Positions 1 to 9,929 of a stretch of DNA of 40,692 nucleotides are shown here, one piece after another; position 1 is the stretch's first letter, and each line of letters begins with the position of its first letter. The DNA is from Eremomyces bilateralis CBS 781.70 (Eukaryota). The stretch lies in NCBI GenBank assembly GCA_010015585.1, contig ML975151.1; one strand, 5' to 3'. Below the pieces are notes generated by a model. It made no database searches, had not been told where the DNA came from, and was given only the letters and a program-made list of their open reading frames with translations. The position numbers and the translations under genes were made by a program.

Positions 1-196
1 GGGTAGTTAATTAGGGCTGGATTTGCAAGGATCCTAACTCGGATTCGTTCGCGTCTGAAATAGATGTATGCGATCCACCAGTAGGCAAATAATTCGGCAG
101 ATGTTCCGTAATTGCCGTAAGCTGCTATTCAACAAGTATTTTAATTATAGAAGACCCGCTCTCGTAAGTGGTGAAACTTTGGATTAGTTGATTCCT

Positions 197-1264
197 TTAG
201 ATTTTAGATCCGCGTTTGGCTATTCACCCAGTCAGTTTGCGAACACATGACACCGAGTATCTTGGAAAGGAGGGATATGGCCACTTACATTCCAAAAGCT
301 TCTTCTTGGCCGCAAATCTCGCGGCCGGCGCATCCTCGACGAACCTCTCGGACAACGCATCCATCGCGTTGGTGACGGCCACAATCCTCCCATCCCTCAG
401 CGGCGCATTTTGCAACCTCTTCATCTCTATCATGCTCTTCCCATCATTGACATCCAGCTGATCCTCCAAGAACTTCACCACGTGGGCATGGAAGCCCTCC
501 TTCGGGAAGATGCGGTTTACCATTCCCCACTGCTCCATCTCCTGCACGGTCACTTGCCGTCCGAACATGAGGAAATCGTTCGCCCGGTGCACACCGATGT
601 GCTGTGAAAACCCGATCGCGCTTCCGTTCTCGGGAACAAGGCCGAGTGCGGAGAAAGGGACCTGCATATATGCACCCTCGGCGGCGAGGACGATGTCGGC
701 GAAACCTTGGACCCAAGCGGCACCTCCGCCGACGCCGGGGCCGTTCATAGCGAGGACGAAAACCTTCTTATGGTCGATGATGGATCGGAGGAGTTCATAA
801 GCTTGATTCTGTTAGCGTCCACTTAGTCGTACTGGAGCCACAATGGTCGTTTACTGGGGAGGAAGCCCTGAAGAAAAGAGAGCTTCTTCTCGTGAAGGCT
901 GTTGAATTGCTGGGGCGTGCCGGTGCCATGGGCTAAAAGAGGTAAGTTAATATGCTCTTCCCGTATATGAATAACTTGGTTACCCTTCACATCTGCGCCG
1001 GAGGAGAAGAAACGTCCCTCGCCAGTGAGTACTGTAAAGACAGTGTCCGGATGCTCATTGAGCTCCCGGATGGCACCAACAGTGTCTTGGATCAGGTTTC
1101 CACCAAACGAGTTAAGGGCTTTAGGGCGATTGAACTGCCATATGTCAGATCGGTTACATGTCCATTCTAGCAGTAGTAAACGAGAGGCATTCGCGGACCT
1201 TGATGATACCAATCTGGCCCTTGATTTCCACAATAATATCGGTGTACTTGTTCTTGAAAGTCAT
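197..1264 (-). CDS. ECI1: Peroxisomal delta3,delta2-enoyl-CoA isomerase / crotonase-family protein (4 introns)
   Basis: Spliced product MTFKNKYTDIIVEIKGQIGIIK|FNRPKALNSFGG...LTGEGRFFSSGADV...MNGPGVGGGAAW...PFSALGLVPENGS has crotonase motifs. The last intron (gtaagt...gaatag) yields C-terminal ...SKRGSKI*, a PTS1-like tripeptide. Confidence 0.85.
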
Positions 1265-1567
1265 CTTGAATCAAAATATAAAGAACTAGGACTGTATAGT
1301 ACAAGCGTTTCTCACAACAGGAAGGTTCACAAGACACAGCACTCTCAAATGGTTGCAGAAGGATAGCCAAAGATGTAAGATAGTCAGTAGAATTGGTCCC
1401 AATATTGAATGCGCCAGCAAATAGTTAAAGATATTTGAGTTATCCAAAGCTTGAAGATTGAGAAATGGGAATGGAAACCCCGCGTAAGCTACAGCCAGAT
1501 TCGGGGCCAATACACGTTCCCGTCGGCTTGGAGCCGGAGTGTGGAGATGTGCAAAACCGAGAGAGAG

Positions 1568-1573
1568 CCGAGG
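1568..1573. promoter_or_regulatory. Candidate FarA/FarB fatty-acid response core (CCGAGG)
   Basis: CCGAGG about 300 bp upstream of the beta-oxidation gene start; a 6-mer can occur by chance. Confidence 0.3.
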
Positions 1574-2129
1574 ACTAAGGAGCATATTAATGGAGTCAGC
1601 CAAAGACCCCACCGGCCACCAGTCATCACGAGCGTAGCGGGTTGCTTCAGTGGTCGAGTCAATACATATCCTCCTTTGCCCTCTGATTGGCTAGTCAGGG
1701 GTTTGTGAACTTAAACTACGTGACTTCCTCTCTACTACTCTTCCTGATCTACAACCCTCCTTGGTCTTGTTCGATAACTATTTTAGCTAAATTGATATTA
1801 CTTTCATTTGAAGGCAATTGAACTTGTTGTTGTCGAGGCATCGCGAAAAAAACGGTGATAATCGTTATTTCGGTGGTGAAGTGGCTAACTCGGTGGTTTG
1901 GCTAGCTCGGTGGTAGATTTCCTACGTTATTAACTACTGATCACTTTATTATTACTCCCCACATGGGCCTCGCAGAGAGGCCCAAGGGGCGTATGAATCT
2001 CTCTCTCTCACTCTATTATTACACCCCCGGCATTTCATCTTCGGGAGACCCCGGTGGTAGCGTATGGTCAGCCCAGGAGGTTTCCCACATTCTTCTTGAT
2101 TTCTCCCTCCCAAGTCTCTTCACGCGTGG

Positions 2130-3930
2130 TGATTTCCGTCGATTGTGGCCCGGAGGTGGGGAGAAGGGAACGAGCCGGTGTTGAATTACTTCCCCCGATA
2201 TTCATCGCTCGGCGATGCCCGCGAAGACTGGTGCCGCGTTAAACTGATGCTACACCTCCCCTTCCGCCGTATAGGTGACCTCCTCCGACCCGAGCTTGAT
2301 GGTCCCTTTTTTGCGTCGTATTCTGAGGCGTATTCCTCGTCTTGCGCGATTGGTCAGCATGACCATCCGGTCGATCATTACGACCCTATTGTTCTTGCGG
2401 ATGAGGATCAGTAGGGGAGCTGGGATGAGCTCGCCGGTCAGCTACCTAGTCGCGATAGAACCATTCTAGAGGACCCAGATGCCCTCGGTCAACGATCTCT
2501 TGACCGTGAATACGATTGGGCGTTTTACGTCGGGAAGCACGAGATTACGAAGGAGTAGTGGGCCACTGCGAATGCCCAGTCTCCCCATACTGATGAAGCT
2601 GCTCCCTTCGCACCTGGTACCGTTGAAAAGCTGAGTGCTAAACTACGTATAGCATACGATATCCTGACTACCTACTTCGCACGTATCGTCGCGACAGATA
2701 CTCCTAGGTCTCAGCTCCTAATTAACGTTGATGGCAAGGCGGGTACAGGGAAGTTTTTTGTTATTCAGCTGATCTCGCATCTCCAGGAGGCGGCATCACG
2801 GCATGGATTATAGAACCCCGTTCTTCGTGCCACATCTACGGGCGTCGCAGCTTATTGCCTCTCCGCGTCGACACTACATACTCTTTTCGTCTTCCTATTC
2901 AGGATGTCAAGTCCCTCGACCCCCTCCGGCCGGCTGCTCTTCAAGCCCCTCAGGCCACTTTCTGGGGTATACGATATCGGATCATCGACCAAAAGTCTAT
3001 GATCGGCCTTCGCCGGCTCTTATATATTGACCGTCGTTGCTGTGAGATCTTTCCTAGCGTAGACAAGTATTTCGGTGGTCTCTGTATTCTCCTCTGTGGC
3101 GACTTCTTCCAGCGTCCTCCGGTCTTGGCAACTGCTCTTTATAACTAGAAGAGGCATCTAAAGCTGGATGAACGGTATGGGGGTAATATCTACCACCAAT
3201 TCGAGCAAACGATCAAGCTTGATGAAGGTGTTCGGCAGCAGGGCAATGACGTTAAGTCGATTCATTTCCGCCAGGCTCTCGATTACCTGCGGATAGACTC
3301 CGCAACTTGTGACGACTGGACACTGCTTAGTACACGAGTACGGGCCATGCTTCCGTCTGAGGAGGTAGAATCGTTCCGGGACGCTCTCCGTATCTCCAGT
3401 AAGAAAGCGCCTATCGCCGTGTTTAACAGCCGTCGTTTACGCGATCTCCGTTCTCCTGTCATGATGTGTCGAGCAATTCACGAAGGAGGGGCGAAGACAG
3501 AAAAAGTTCTGACTAATGAGGCAGGAAACCTCCATCCTAAGATCCCGATGGTGTTGGGAACCCGTATTATGTTGACAGAATCTTTAGACCGAACGAGGCC
3601 TGGTGAACGGTGCGATGGGAATAGTGCGTGATATTAGCTGGCAGGCGGGTGCTGATACCCCGAGGGATCCTCCTGTATTCCTCGTTCAATTCTATCGGTC
3701 TGATGGACCGACGTTGGACGTAGGCGGCTTGGCTTTGGTCCCAATCCTCCCATCATGCCGCGAGTTCTATATCGGGAACACTTCCTGCTCACGGTCACAG
3801 TTCCCGTTAACCATTGTCTATGCCATCAACGCATAAGTCGCAGGGAATGACTCTAGCACAGGCTGTGTTGGACATTTTGGAGCGGGAGTTCATAGCTGGG
3901 TGGCGTGGATGCGGATGATTCCGGAAGGCG
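2130..3930 (+). mobile_element. Degenerate Helitron-like PIF1-family helicase remnant (pseudogene)
   Basis: Collinear PIF1/SF1B motifs across broken frames: LNYFPRY..WCRVKLMLHLPF, INVDGKAGTGK (Walker A), IIDQKSMIG, FGGLCILLCGDFFQRPPV, GTRIMLTE, NGAMGIVRDI, RSQFPLTIVYA, HKSQGMTL. Multiple stops and frameshifts, no introns. Confidence 0.8.
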
Positions 3931-4294
3931 GAGAATGAGTGCTGTAAGCAAGGTAGTTATGTGGCGCGAGATTAGGATCAAAACATCACTGTACGATCAG
4001 ATGATCAGATGAGAAAAGGGGATCATTTGATTTACAGATTAGGAAGTGTGCACTGGTTGCAAAGATGTTATTTTGAGCGATTCAGCTATTTTCCTGTTTC
4101 AAAAATAAAAAGGGCCCATGGCTGTCAAAGTCATCATGACAAGGCCCAGCAGTGCATTAACTGACATACATCAGATAATGTCGTTATTACTGGGACAAAT
4201 GCAACATTCCGATCAGTCGGAAACTTTGAATGAGCGATATCAAAGAGTCGATTAGGATTTAGGGATAACTACTGGATGGGCTATCAAAGGTCTA

Positions 4295-4319
4295 GTCACG
4301 TGATTATATATCACGTGAC
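4295..4319. promoter_or_regulatory. Inverted pair of bHLH E-boxes (GTCACGTGAT-N5-ATCACGTGAC), Cbf1-type
   Basis: Perfect 10-bp inverted repeat, each arm containing TCACGTGA, about 95 bp upstream of the mitoribosomal gene ATG. Confidence 0.6.
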
Positions 4320-4412
4320 AAGAGCACCCCTGTCCAAAATTTCCACCTCATCTGTAACTGTGTATCCAAAAGGACTGAATTAGACAAGATGACCAGATAA
4401 TCCCACACCACG

Positions 4413-5596
4413 ATGTTAATACAAAGAATATCACGGCAGAAATGCCTACGGCAAGCTGCCGCCCAGTTTAAAGTACGTGCCGACTGCTTACGCGAACTCC
4501 ACCACGCAGATACTAAGACAGCATTAAGAAAATCACCTGGACAAGTCCAACCCAAGCTCGACAACTTCACCATGTCCCGGTTCTAGACCATGAAGCAGCC
4601 CTTCGCGAAAATGGAATACCGGGACTTCTATCACCAGGAGCGTTTGATATGGCGTGGACAGAATATCAAGGGTCAATGATTGAGAAGCTGTCTGCAATCA
4701 CGGCTGGTACGTTTCCTTCAACCCAGATATACACCACCACGGCATTTGCTGATGATCATCAATAGGTACAACTCGAGAGCATATGTCGGTGCACGATATC
4801 ACCCTCGAAACCGCCCGTGACCCTCTGATGGCCAACACCTTCAACTACGCCTCCATGGCCTGGAACAACCACTTTTTCTTCAACGGCATGGTATGTCCTC
4901 CCCCCCAACCCAATCGCATCTAACTTACCCGTCCAGTTCACTGACCCGAACCCGGACGCCAATCGCCCCCTTCCCAACAGCACCCTCCACGCACTCCTCA
5001 CCCGCCGCTTCTCCAGCCTCGACACCCTGCGCGCCGAGTTCCTCTCCACCGCCCGCGCCACCTTCGGCCCAGCCTTCGTCTGGCTTGTTTACCACCCCAT
5101 CACCCGCAAGCAGAACACCCAGTTCTCCATCCTGACCACCTACCTTGCCGGCAGCCCGCACAGCGGCGCGCATTGGCGCGTGCAGAGCGAGGACATGAAC
5201 ACGCAGAACGTCGGGAGTGCGCGCGCGCAGGGGCTGGGTGAGTTCAGCGCGGCAGCGATGGCGGCAAGACAGCAGATGGGGTCGACCGGGGCCCCGGGGA
5301 TTGCGGGGTCGAGCGCGAATGCTGGGTGGTGGAGCCAGAGCGAGGCGCGGGGAAGGAAGGTGGCGTTGGGAGGGATCGACTCGACGCCGTTGTTGTGCGT
5401 GAACACATGGGAGCATGTGTGGATGTGGGATTGGGGGGTGAGGAATAAGGGAAAGTTCTTGGAGGCGTGGTGGGATCGGATTGATTGGGAGAAGGTGTCG
5501 CAGAGGATGTCGTTGCCGGAGCCGAGCCGGGTGGGGGAAACGCAGGCGGGAATGGATCGGGTATTTGATAGTGAGTTCGGTAAGCGGGCTGCATAG
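4413..5596 (+). CDS. Mitochondrial small-subunit ribosomal protein of the Fe/Mn-SOD fold (Rsm26/Mrp1, mS42/mS43 family), 3 introns
   Basis: Basic presequence-like N-terminus MLIQRISRQKCLRQ; GIPGLLSPGAFDMAWTEYQG, FNYASMAWNNHFFF, FGPAFVWLV, LTTYLAGSP, PLLCVNTWEHVWMWDWG..WWDRIDW. SOD fold, but the canonical DxWEHAY ligand motif is altered. Confidence 0.8.
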
Positions 5597-6238
5597 ATTC
5601 GGGAATTTGGGCAGGTGTGCATATGCAATTGATGGATGTAGTAACCACTTGTACAAATAGAAGCTATTCATTCTCGTTCATGGTTAGCGTGTATCTACTG
5701 GTATGTGACTCTTTCTGTTTTAGCAGGTATCATTCCGACGACCACACTTATCCAATCATCTAGTATTTTCGAACCTCCTCTAATTACCAATGCCTCACAA
5801 TTACCATGCTTAAAATCTAAAAGGTTGGATATCAAGATTCCGTAAATAGCTAGCCCCAAGCAGCAATGGACCCTGGGCCTGGCACACGCCACTAACGCGC
5901 CCCTTGTCCGCGAACGCCAATCCCCAACCTCTCCACTAACCTCCCATTCGCAGTGGAGAGAGAACTACTGCACCTCTCAGCTCCGGACGGCTTCAACTTT
6001 CTGCAAACCTTCCGGAAGTCCAGACATTACATTGATATCACTTCTCTCGCATCAATTGCTTATTTTGTACGCAAAAGGAGGACCGGGACTCGATATTTCC
6101 ACACCACGACTCGGAGATTTTGGACCATTGGACCCTCGAACCCTCGAACCCTCGTCGGGCCAGACAGCTTTAGTGAACCGTACTGGTAACGGTTGCCAAT
6201 ACATTATCTAGCGACCAGCAATTCGATACACCTATATC

Positions 6239-6775
6239 ATGCCTTGGTTCTCCTCTTCTCGCTCCTCCCACTCCTCCTCGCACTACCCCTCCCACTCCCA
6301 CTCCTCGTCCCGCCCCGCCTACGTCCGCTCCAGCGCCGGCTCCTCCTACTCCCGGTCCTCTACCTCCCACTACAAGCGCCGCCCGCGCGACGGCTATATC
6401 GCACGCCTGCTGCACAAGCTGAAGCGCCTGTTCCGCGAGCTGTGGTACTACGCGCGGAAGCACCCGATGAAGGTGTTTTTCTTGGTGATCATGGTAAGTT
6501 TCGTCGAGACTTTTGGAAGATGATGAGGGGGTGCTAATGGAGGTGGGTAGCCGTTGATTTCTGGGGGTGCGCTCGCCGGGATTGCGAAGCAGTTCGGGGT
6601 GAGGTTGCCGGCGTTGTTGTCGGGGGCCGGAGCGGCGAAGGCGGCGGGTGGGGGGTATTATGGGAGTGCGGGATATGGGTCGGGGTTGGCGAGTAGCTTG
6701 GGGGGTGGGTTGGGTGGTAGTTTGGGGGGTGGTGGGGTTGGGGGCTTGCTGAAATTGGCGAAGGCGTTTATGTGA
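6239..6775 (+). CDS. Small hypothetical protein (Ser/His-rich N-terminus, hydrophobic segment, Gly-rich tail); intron 6494-6550
   Basis: ORF 6239 (…YKRRPRDGYIARLLHKLKRLFRELWYYARKHPMKVFFLVIM) joins via gtaagt...gctaat...tag to PLISGGALAGIAKQFGVRLP…; strong C/G third-position bias. Confidence 0.75.
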
Positions 6776-7241
6776 GAGGGAGATGGGAGGAAGAAGAGGC
6801 AGAGATTAGAGAAGAAAGGCGTGGCGAGCAATGGAAAAGGAGGAGAGTTTTAGATAGGGCGGATTTCGATTCTCATGACACGATACCATCCAGACGGCTG
6901 GACAGTCGAGGGTGGCTTATTGACGACTTAAAAGGACGTACACGACTTGTACACGACTTGCTTTGCTAGATTCAACAATGACAATATGCTATGACAAGAT
7001 CTGTATCAAAGGGTGCGACTTAATCTTCTGTGGTGCAGATAATAGGCAATGAGGGCTTAACAATTGGGACGTCATGCTATGACTTTCGAAAGACTCGGGT
7101 TGTTGGACAGCTAGCATGACGCTGAAGAATTCTACCTGATATAATACAATTACCTTCTACCCAAGTCTGCGGCCTATCCTTTTGTACACCAAGGTAATAA
7201 TACCCGACTCAACCCACCAAGTGAGAGCAAGCATGATGCGA

Positions 7242-8582
7242 TCACCTATGCCGAACCTTTGACTTCCGTTTTGTGGCTTCGGCATTCTGATTCGGTGCAG
7301 TCGCCTTGCTCAGCAACTCGTTCTCATCTGCCTCATCGCTCTTTATTAGCGGCTCGTCCTGGTCTTGGTATCCGGCTGGGTTGATGAGGCGTCCGATCGA
7401 GGCATTGTACGCCCAGATGGGTAATCGGAACACAATGGTCTTGAATATCGTGGGTTTCTCGATCTCGTCGACCTGCGAGCAGTCAGCTTCCGTCACTCCA
7501 ACTTTCAGTCCAGGACACCTACATCAATCAAGAATTCCATCACCTCTCCCTCCTCCGTCTCCTCCTCGATGAATACATTTCCCACCGAATCCACCAGCAA
7601 ACTCTTCCCATTCGGCGCCGTCACCCGCTTTTTATTCCCGACAGGCCCCGAGATGATCTTCTCCGCCTCGACGGGCGCGCTGATATCCTCCTTGATACTC
7701 TTCCCACCCTTCCCATTCTTCCCCGACCGCTTCGCTTCCTTGTCCTGCATTCTCTTCTGCCTCCGGTTTAATGCACTGCCGCTGCCTTCGCTATCCCCAC
7801 CGCCACTCGCCTGCGCCGCGCTCGACTCGCCGCCCGCTCCGGTCCCCAAACCCGTCGGAATCCCCGGGACCCCCAACGGATCTCCCCACGCCATCTGCCG
7901 CGCATGCCTCGTATACCTCTCCACGAAGTCCCTCTGCCGTTTATAGCTCAAATACATCGCTCCGTAATGGATCGCCCCCCCCCCAAACAGGAACAACCCC
8001 AGCAACACCGTCCCCGTCCCCGGCCGCACCCGCTCGTAATAGTACCCCGTCCCCCGCCACGCTGGGAACCCGTTCTTCAGAAAATAATCGTACCGCGCCC
8101 GGTCCGGCCCGCGAAGCACCGTCATCACCACGCTTAGCCGCGCGAACCGCGCCGACGCCTCCTTCTCGAACGTCGCGATCTCCCGCGCCGTCGGCTGCTT
8201 GCGCACGTGCACCGTCGGCTTCGCCTTCGGGTCTTTGTCTTTCTTGGGCTTCGCGTACGATGCGATGAACGCCTGCTTCGCCTTGTCCGGGTGCAGCTGC
8301 CGGGATTTCTTCTTGTATCCGCGGTCGAGGGCTTCCCGCGACGCGCTGGGCGGGACGCCCAGCCATTCGTACCAGTTTTGGCCGTGCTCGGCGGCGGCGA
8401 CTTCGTCGTGGAGACGGAAGATTTCGTGGTCTGGGGGTGGTGCGTTAGCGGTGGGATATAGAGGAATATGACTGCAAGGAAGAATGATGCGCTGCAATTG
8501 AGATTCACGAACCTTCTTTCGTCCAGGCCAAGGTCACCGTGGCGAGAACGGCGATCAGCAACAGCGTCAATACCGCCCTCAT
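7242..8582 (-). CDS. ERJ5: ER membrane DnaJ-domain co-chaperone (Erj5-like), 2 introns
   Basis: Signal peptide MRAVLTLLLIAVLATVTLAWTKE spliced to DHEIFRL; J-domain with HPD (SRQLHPDK); RYDYFLKNGFPAWRGTGYYY; TM segment; last exon ..EKPTIFKTIVFRLPIW. Confidence 0.85.
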
Positions 8583-9349
8583 GATGGCGACACGAAACTC
8601 GTCAACTTCGTCAGGCTCACTTTAACATAAACGGACGATGGTGAGGTGTCAGCTTGGAATATCACACTCCCACACACCAGGAATGGAATTGGGACTCGGG
8701 AATTTTCGAGGTCGTGTCTAGTGGATGCCGCACACTACGCAGTACGTGGCCCAATCCGAAGAATTTCCAGTGCAGTAATAATCTGCAACAATTAAGGTGA
8801 TTTCAGCCAGGAACAAATGGGGTTGGAGAGGACAGGGAAGCTCCAGGGAAGCCAATGCCACTAAGACTTGTCCAATGTCAATTGATAGGCGCGAGGTTTG
8901 GTCCAGAAGGAGATATAGGTGCCTTATTGCCGTGCAGCCTGAAATCTAGAGCCCGAAAGAATGCCAGGGGGAATTTACTAGGAGGTCCAGAAATTCTCCA
9001 TATGCATGTCTGTCCAAGTGTCCAACACGGCTGATGCGATTCGTGTGTAGTAATACTCTGCTTCTTCCTCTCGCTCACCGATATTACAGTATTCCCATCT
9101 TCCACGTTCAACGCCTCGCTTCACTTTCTGAGCTTCTGCTCCTTCACTTCCTTTCACTCCATCAAGGCTCACTTTTGGGTCAGTCGCTCATTCGACTCTC
9201 GTTTATCTCTCGCCCGTGCCTCGACTTCGCGCCCGTCACGTTTTCAGACCAAGCTTTGTCTGAAATACATTTCTCGACACGAATCCTCAACACGCCCATA
9301 AACTTCTTAAAACGCTTCCCCTCGTGACTCGGAATCCATCCCCCCAGCC

Positions 9350-9880
9350 ATGGCTCGCATCTCCATCCCCCTCGACGCCCTGACGTCCCGCTTCAACCTC
9401 TCTCAACGCTTCGAAGGCGTCCGCTCCCAGTCGATAGCCTCACGATTCGCCAACCTGAAGCCGATCTCCGAATTCTTCGATTTCAAGCGCCTGTCGAAGC
9501 CTGAGAACTTCGGGGAGGCCCAGAGCCGCGTCAACTACAACCTGGGATACTTCTCCAGCAACTATGCCCTCATCTTCGTCATGCTGGCCATCTACGCCCT
9601 CCTCAGCAACCCGGCCCTGTTGTTTGTCATCTTCCTAGTGGTCGGAGGCATGTGGGGGATTGGCAAGTTGGGTGGTGCCGATTTGGATTTGGGATTCGTG
9701 CGAGCGACGACTTCACAACTATACACCACGCTCCTAGTCATCGGCATCCCGCTGACCATCTACGCATCCCCTCACCTCACCATCCTCTGGTTGATCGGGG
9801 CAAGCGGCGCTACCATCCTGGGGCACGCCGCATTTATGGACAAGCCGATCGAGCAAGCTTTTTCCGAGGAGGCGGTCTAG
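9350..9880 (+). CDS. YIP3: PRA1-family Rab acceptor / Rab-GDI displacement factor Yip3 (short isoform, 176 aa)
   Basis: KPISEFFDFKRLSKP..FGEAQSRVNYNLGYFSSNY, hydrophobic hairpins, WLIGASGATILGHAAFMDKPIE..FSEEAV are typical PRA1/Yip3 features. Confidence 0.93.
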   Translation: MARISIPLDALTSRFNLSQRFEGVRSQSIASRFANLKPISEFFDFKRLSKPENFGEAQSRVNYNLGYFSSNYALIFVMLAIYALLSNPALLFVIFLVVGGMWGIGKLGGADLDLGFVRATTSQLYTTLLVIGIPLTIYASPHLTILWLIGASGATILGHAAFMDKPIEQAFSEEAV

Positions 9881-9929
9881 GTGGTCGGCCGCGAACTCCA
9901 CATTCGATGCCCCCTTGGGGAAGACCACC
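9859..9929 (+). promoter_or_regulatory. Programmed -1 ribosomal frameshift signal: slippery T-TTT-TCC plus predicted H-type pseudoknot
   Basis: In-frame GCT TTT TCC at 9857-9865; 6-nt spacer; stem 1 GCGGTC(9872-9877)/GGCCGC(9887-9892); stem 2 GGTGGTC(9880-9886)/GACCACC(9923-9929). Confidence 0.75.

Noticed and set aside
4413..5596. Active Fe/Mn superoxide dismutase
   Set aside because: Metal-ligand motifs are degenerate; matches the SOD-fold mitoribosomal proteins better.
9878..9880. Stop-codon readthrough or A-to-I editing of the YIP3 TAG to fuse the ORFs
   Set aside because: The downstream ORF is in the -1 frame, so readthrough would not reach it.
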